From: Tricharina praecox | Taxonomy: Eukaryota | Assembly (NCBI RefSeq): GCF_024521635.1 | Contig: NW_026250420.1 | Coordinates: 372,001 to 436,000 of the forward strand | DNA: 64,000 nt | Direction: 5' to 3' | Shown here: piece after piece, positions 59,149-64,000 of the stretch | How positions within the stretch are numbered: the stretch's first letter is position 1 | Layout of the letters: the number at the start of each line of letters is the position of its first letter | Notes under the pieces: generated by a model | The model's database searches: none | Told to the model about the DNA's origin: nothing | Seen by the model: only the letters and a program-made list of their open reading frames with translations | Program-made: the position numbers and the translations under genes

Positions 59149-59499
59149 CACGATGGGGCAATGGATTCTCTGTCTTTTTGGATCTTGTGCGAAGAGATAC
59201 GTTTTTCCCGGAGGGGGACAGAGGGAGAGAGACGGTTGTTTTTTTCGTTTCTTTCTTTTCTTGTTATTTTTGCTGGACGTATGGGTTGATTTTCGGTGGA
59301 TGGCTATCGCTTTGGACTGCCGAGGGTTGTGTGGAGGTTCGTATGGTTTTTCTTTTTTTTTCCTGCCTCTCTCTCCCGATTGCTCTCTTCTCTCTCCGTC
59401 TTTGACCTTCTCCCAGAACACTGGTACACGCACTGCAAGAACTGCTGCTGGGCCGAAAAATGATCTCAACCAGCAACAATCCTTAAGTGGCAAGTACAA

Positions 59500-60936
59500 C
59501 AGAGGCCTTCAAGCTCGGAAAGAAGATGGCTCTAGAGATTCTCCTTCTCCTTTCCCCCTTCTGCTTCTCCTTCTGCTTCTCCTGCTCCTTCTTCTTTTCG
59601 TTTTTTTTGCCTCTGGCACTTCCTGATCTGGGTTTTTCCTGTCCTGTTAGGCCTGGGGGGGAAGCACGTATCCATCAGAAGACGGTCCTATCAATCTTCT
59701 TATATATCCACTGGGTGGGGTGGGGTGGGATATGGGGGGATATGGGGGGATATGTGGGGGTGGGATCTATGAGGAAGCCGATAAAGCTGCTCTGAATGAG
59801 AGGATCTGAAGCACCAGAGCAGAGCAGGGTGGAGCAGGTGACTTTGATCAGACCCCCCTTCACGATGGGAAAGGATTGCTGCTGTTGCTCCTGCTGCTGT
59901 TGTTGCGGACGGCCGGTTCATTCAAACTACCGTGAACGAGCCACCGGCCGGTGGGTGGGTGGTGATTGGCCAGGCCGGAGAGCTCAAAGAAGCAGTCGCG
60001 GCTGTGCTGTGCGTGACCGGTACCGGTGCCGCGCGAACAACAACGATCGATCAATCAATCAGAGAAGAGAATAGAAAAAAATGGGACGCACCACACCCAC
60101 ACGATCAATAACAACGACAACAACCACAACCACCACCACCACCACCACCACAACAACAACAACAACAACAACGACAATAACAACGACAACAACAACAAAA
60201 ACAAGGGAAGGCAGGGGAGAGAGAGGGAGCTTTGTCTCCGGATCGAACCCTGCATGAAAAAACTGGGGGTGGATGGGGGGGGAGGGAGGGGAGATCCTGT
60301 TCTCCGTACCGGTGTTGAGGCTGCTGCGTGGGTGATTTCTTTCGGACTGCTTGCTCTGCGGCAGACAGGTCCAAGACGACGGCCGGCCGTTATTGTTTGT
60401 TGGGGGGCGGTCTGGCAGGCTGGTGGGCGGGCGGGTGGGCCGAGCAGGCAGGTAGAGCAAGCCGAGCAGACAGGCAGAGCAGACAGGGCTTCGAGACAGT
60501 AACGACGGTCGGTGCTCACTGCCCAGTAGTAGTAGTAGCAGGAGAAAAAAAAGAAGCGAATTCGAAACTCGGTCGTTTCAGGGAAAAGATTACGGCCGGT
60601 GGGAAGTCGAGATCGTTTTAAATGGGAGGGGGGCAGCATCAGCAACAGCAGTTGGGCTGGCCTGGCCTGGCCTGGTGAGACACTCCTCACGCTTCGTCAC
60701 GCTTCCTGTACATGTTCACGCTTTTCAACGGTAGTACCTATGTAGCAGCAGTGCAGCACTGCAGCGACACCGCCACGCACGAGTGATGGTCGAGTGGACA
60801 GCTGAACAGCTGTATGGCTGTATGTATAAGTGGACGGTTGGATGGCCGGTCGAGTTCGTGGGGATGTGGATGTGAGTGGGTGGATGATTAACATTTCACT
60901 ACATTTGATTCGGGCTCGGGTTCAAGTGCAAGATGG

Positions 60937-60967
<31 letters not shown>

Positions 60968-63900
60968 TGATGATGAGCATTACGGAAGGGAAGGGGTAGA
61001 GGAGAGAATGACCATTACGGAAGCGGGGAGCATGGAGCATGGCCATTACGGAAGATGATGAGGAGTAGCAAAAGGAGAAGCAGAGCGCGAGACTCGGTCA
61101 TTGGTACATAGTTCCACACACCCACCCACCCCATCCACTCGTCCTTCCACTCACTCCCCCACCCGCCATCTGACTCCTGCAGTCCACGCGCATTGCTGTA
61201 CGTACCTGCCTTTGTGCGCCGTCGTCCTTGGCTCCTTGTTGGGGGGAAGCACCGCAGCAGCACGAACAATCCAATCTCCTCCAAGCGGAAGAAGAGAGAT
61301 ACAGAGAGAGGAAGCAAGAAGATTCCGTGACGAACCTTAACTAACTACCGTATGATACATACATGCCTCATACAAGCCTCCGGAATCTGCAGCAGCAGTA
61401 ATAGCAGCAGCAGTAATAGCAGCAGCAGTAATAGCAGCAGCAGCAGCAACGGCAGCAACAGCAGCATATACCATACCACCCCGGTCCCGGCTATCACCGC
61501 TCATTGTACGTTCGTTCATTCGTTCGTTCGCTCGTTCGTTCGTGGCAGGTCTGCGCGTGGGCTCGCCTCGCAGAGTCGCCACTCAGCAGTCGATCGATCA
61601 AAGGAATACCTCTCCCTCCTCCGCCTCATCCACTTGCACTTCTGCTTTTGCTTTTTTTTTTGCCCATTTCTCTTTTTCCCGTAGATGCACGTCCGTCTGC
61701 CGTGTGGCATAGGGCAGATACGAAAGCCAGCCAGCCATCCAGCCAGCCAGCCGGGCGACAGGCCGGGCGACAGGCCGATAGACTTGACGGACGTGACAGC
61801 TGGCTGGCTGGCGGAGGAAGGGAAGGGAAGGAAAGGGAAGGGAAAGGAAGGGAGGGAGGGAGGGAGGGAGGGAAGGGAGGGAGGGAAGGGAAGGGAGCAA
61901 GGCAGTTCGCAGTCGAGTAGTTACCGACCGACCAGTAGGTGGGTAAGGCGAAGGGGTGGGGTGGGGGACACAGCATCCGAAACAAACTTGTCGCTGTCCT
62001 GTCCTGTCCTGCCCTGCCCTGCCCTGCCCTGCCCTGCTCGGGGGCCCGCCTGCAGCGTTCCACCGGTCTCTCCCTATCTATCATACATACATGGCCATTT
62101 CCTCGAGTGGAGTGGGTAGTGGGGGAGCCAGCCAGCCAGCCAGTGAAGAAGAAGAGGAGGAAAAAGAACAAAGACCGCCCGCTGGCTTTGCTTTGCTTAT
62201 TCCCACCAGCCAGCCGGCCAGCCAGCCACCCCATTCTGACTCCCGGTTTGGGGGAATAGCCGGATATGCAGCCTCCCGTCGGATTTCCGTCACGTGTAGG
62301 TGGTAGGTGGTAGGTGGTGGTTGTGCGTGGTTTGGTTTGGTGGTGGGGATCCGTGGATTTTCTGTGTGTGTGCGTGCGTGTTTATATGCGTGCGAGTGTA
62401 TGTGAGTGAGTGCGTGTGTGCGAGCTGTGCAAACTCGCAATCGATGCGATTCTTATCATGCGTGCGTGCGGATAAGTAAGTCAGTACCCAAGTATTCAGG
62501 CTTCGTCTCGGACCCATAGAAAAGAGCTACTTATGCATACCGTATTCTAGAAGCTCTGGCTTGCGCATAGCTACATGCTAGAGTATTGTACAGTACATGC
62601 CACGGCCCACGGGGGAAGGGGAGGGGGCCTGGTAATCGCCCATGTCCATGGTAACGATCTTGCATCCTTCTGTGTACATGCCTAATGTATCTGCCCTCTG
62701 TGTATCTCCCCGTACGTACCGTGGTCCTCTACATGTACGTACGTACATAATGTACATCATGTATGATACCTTCGCAGTCCATGATCGATTCCACCACCGC
62801 ATGCTTGCCTACACCCTTCATACATACATGCATCCTTCAGGCTTCCAGAGCTTTATGCGCACCCCTCCGTTCCCCTCCACCAATCCCCTCCACCAATCCA
62901 CGTACCCTGATCGACGCCCGCAGGCCGCAGGCCCACAGGTTCGCAGGCCCAGGCTGCATTATGCACGTCGCCTTCGGCTACTCCCGATCCCTCCTTCCCT
63001 TCCTGCCCTAAACAATAGTCATGGGGATGGGGATGGGACAGGACAGGACAGGACAGGACAGGACGGCTAAAACTTCCCGTTTGGAATGTTTGTTTTACTA
63101 GATACCTACTCTAGATGTGGATGGATGGATGTGGATGGGGTGGGAAATACTGGGATACTGGGATTCCCTCGAAGAAACGGGAGGATGTATGGTGAGGGGG
63201 GGAGAAGAGACAACGCACGGTATGTACGTATGGTACGTACGGAGACGGAGACGGCCCGTTGTGCTGTTTTCTAGGTACACAATGTACGATACGGCGGGAG
63301 AGGGGGGAGGGAGGGGGGGATGTGGTCGGAGTGGTAGGTAGAGGGGGGAGGGAGGAGGGAGGAGAAGAAGGAGGAGGAGGAGAGGTGTGGTCTTGAGCAA
63401 GAGGAAAGGAAGGCTGATGGCGCTCAACGATCGCTGGCAGTTTACCTGCCGTAGTCAATTGGAGACGCCCTCCACAGCTACCGTACTCTACTCTACATAT
63501 TTCCCACTGCTTAACGCAAACACCACCCCCCATTTCCAGCGACTCCGTCCCGCCCGCACCCGAGTCCTGCCCTCCTGGACTCCTGGTCTGTCATGATCTC
63601 CCGGCTCTCCGCATATCCCATATCCCACCCACCTTCCTTCCTTCTTTCCTTCCTTCCCTCTTCTGCTTCCTTCCTCCATCCACTCCCGCCAGCCCCAGAA
63701 ATTTCCCGGACGGGAGGGCGCATATATGGTGCGAGGGTGCGAGGGTGCGAGGGTGCGAGGGTGCGAGGAGAGGGGAGGGGAGGGGAGGGGAGGAGAAGGA
63801 CCCGTCTCAGAGCCACGGTGGCAGCCCCCCCTCCCCTCTCCCCCGACACCGTCTCTGTCTCCGGAACGAGAAGCGGGAAGACCTGTAGGACACTGGGACT

Positions 63901-64000
63901 GACTGACTGACTGACTGACTGCATACGCACACATACACACCCACAGTACACGAACAGGAACACACACACAGGCACAGAAACACAGGAACAGGCACACAGA
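59500..64000. repeat. Microsatellite-dense non-coding region upstream of the APSES gene
   Basis: (CAC/CAA)n at about 60107-60200, G28 at 60940-60967, (AGC/AAT)n at about 61388-61465, (GGGA)n at about 61815-61895, (CCCTG)n at about 62010, (GGACA)n at about 63035, (GAGGGTGC)n at about 63728, (GACT)n at about 63897. Confidence 0.85.

Noticed and set aside
59500..64000. Numerous 60-210 aa ORFs in the microsatellite region
   Set aside because: Translations of simple repeats (poly-H, N, V, S)

Overview
Gene-dense window from a filamentous ascomycete genome (Pezizomycotina, inferred from short introns with CTRAC-type branch points and from the gene set). About 18 protein-coding genes can be modelled: a Tyr/Thr/Pro-rich repetitive GPI cell-wall protein, a 77-aa orphan, a Vma22/CCDC115-DUF952 fusion, MSS51, LHS1, a peroxisomal acyl-CoA dehydrogenase, an Spd1-type RNR inhibitor, UTP10, a 192-aa orphan, a DUF4484/DENN-like protein, a secreted double cupredoxin, HSP104, allantoicase, an F-box-like protein, a SUN/Adg3-type glucanase, PPM1, a GST and an Xbp1-like APSES transcription factor. 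Mobile DNA: a dead full-length Tc1-like element (4360-5815), an 81-bp derivative made of its two ends (3404-3484), and a 276-bp hAT-type MITE with an 8-bp TSD (25077-25352). Most worth following up: (i) an accessory patch at about 25-28 kb where a ~76-bp degenerate repeat array with hairpin-forming variable segments lies upstream of an orphan beta-rich protein; (ii) the Vma22-DUF952 fusion; (iii) two predicted GC-AG introns with non-consensus donors, among generally degenerate 5' splice sites; (iv) a structured H/ACA-like ncRNA candidate upstream of LHS1. All family calls come from motif recognition by eye; no database search was run, and no new system is demonstrated.
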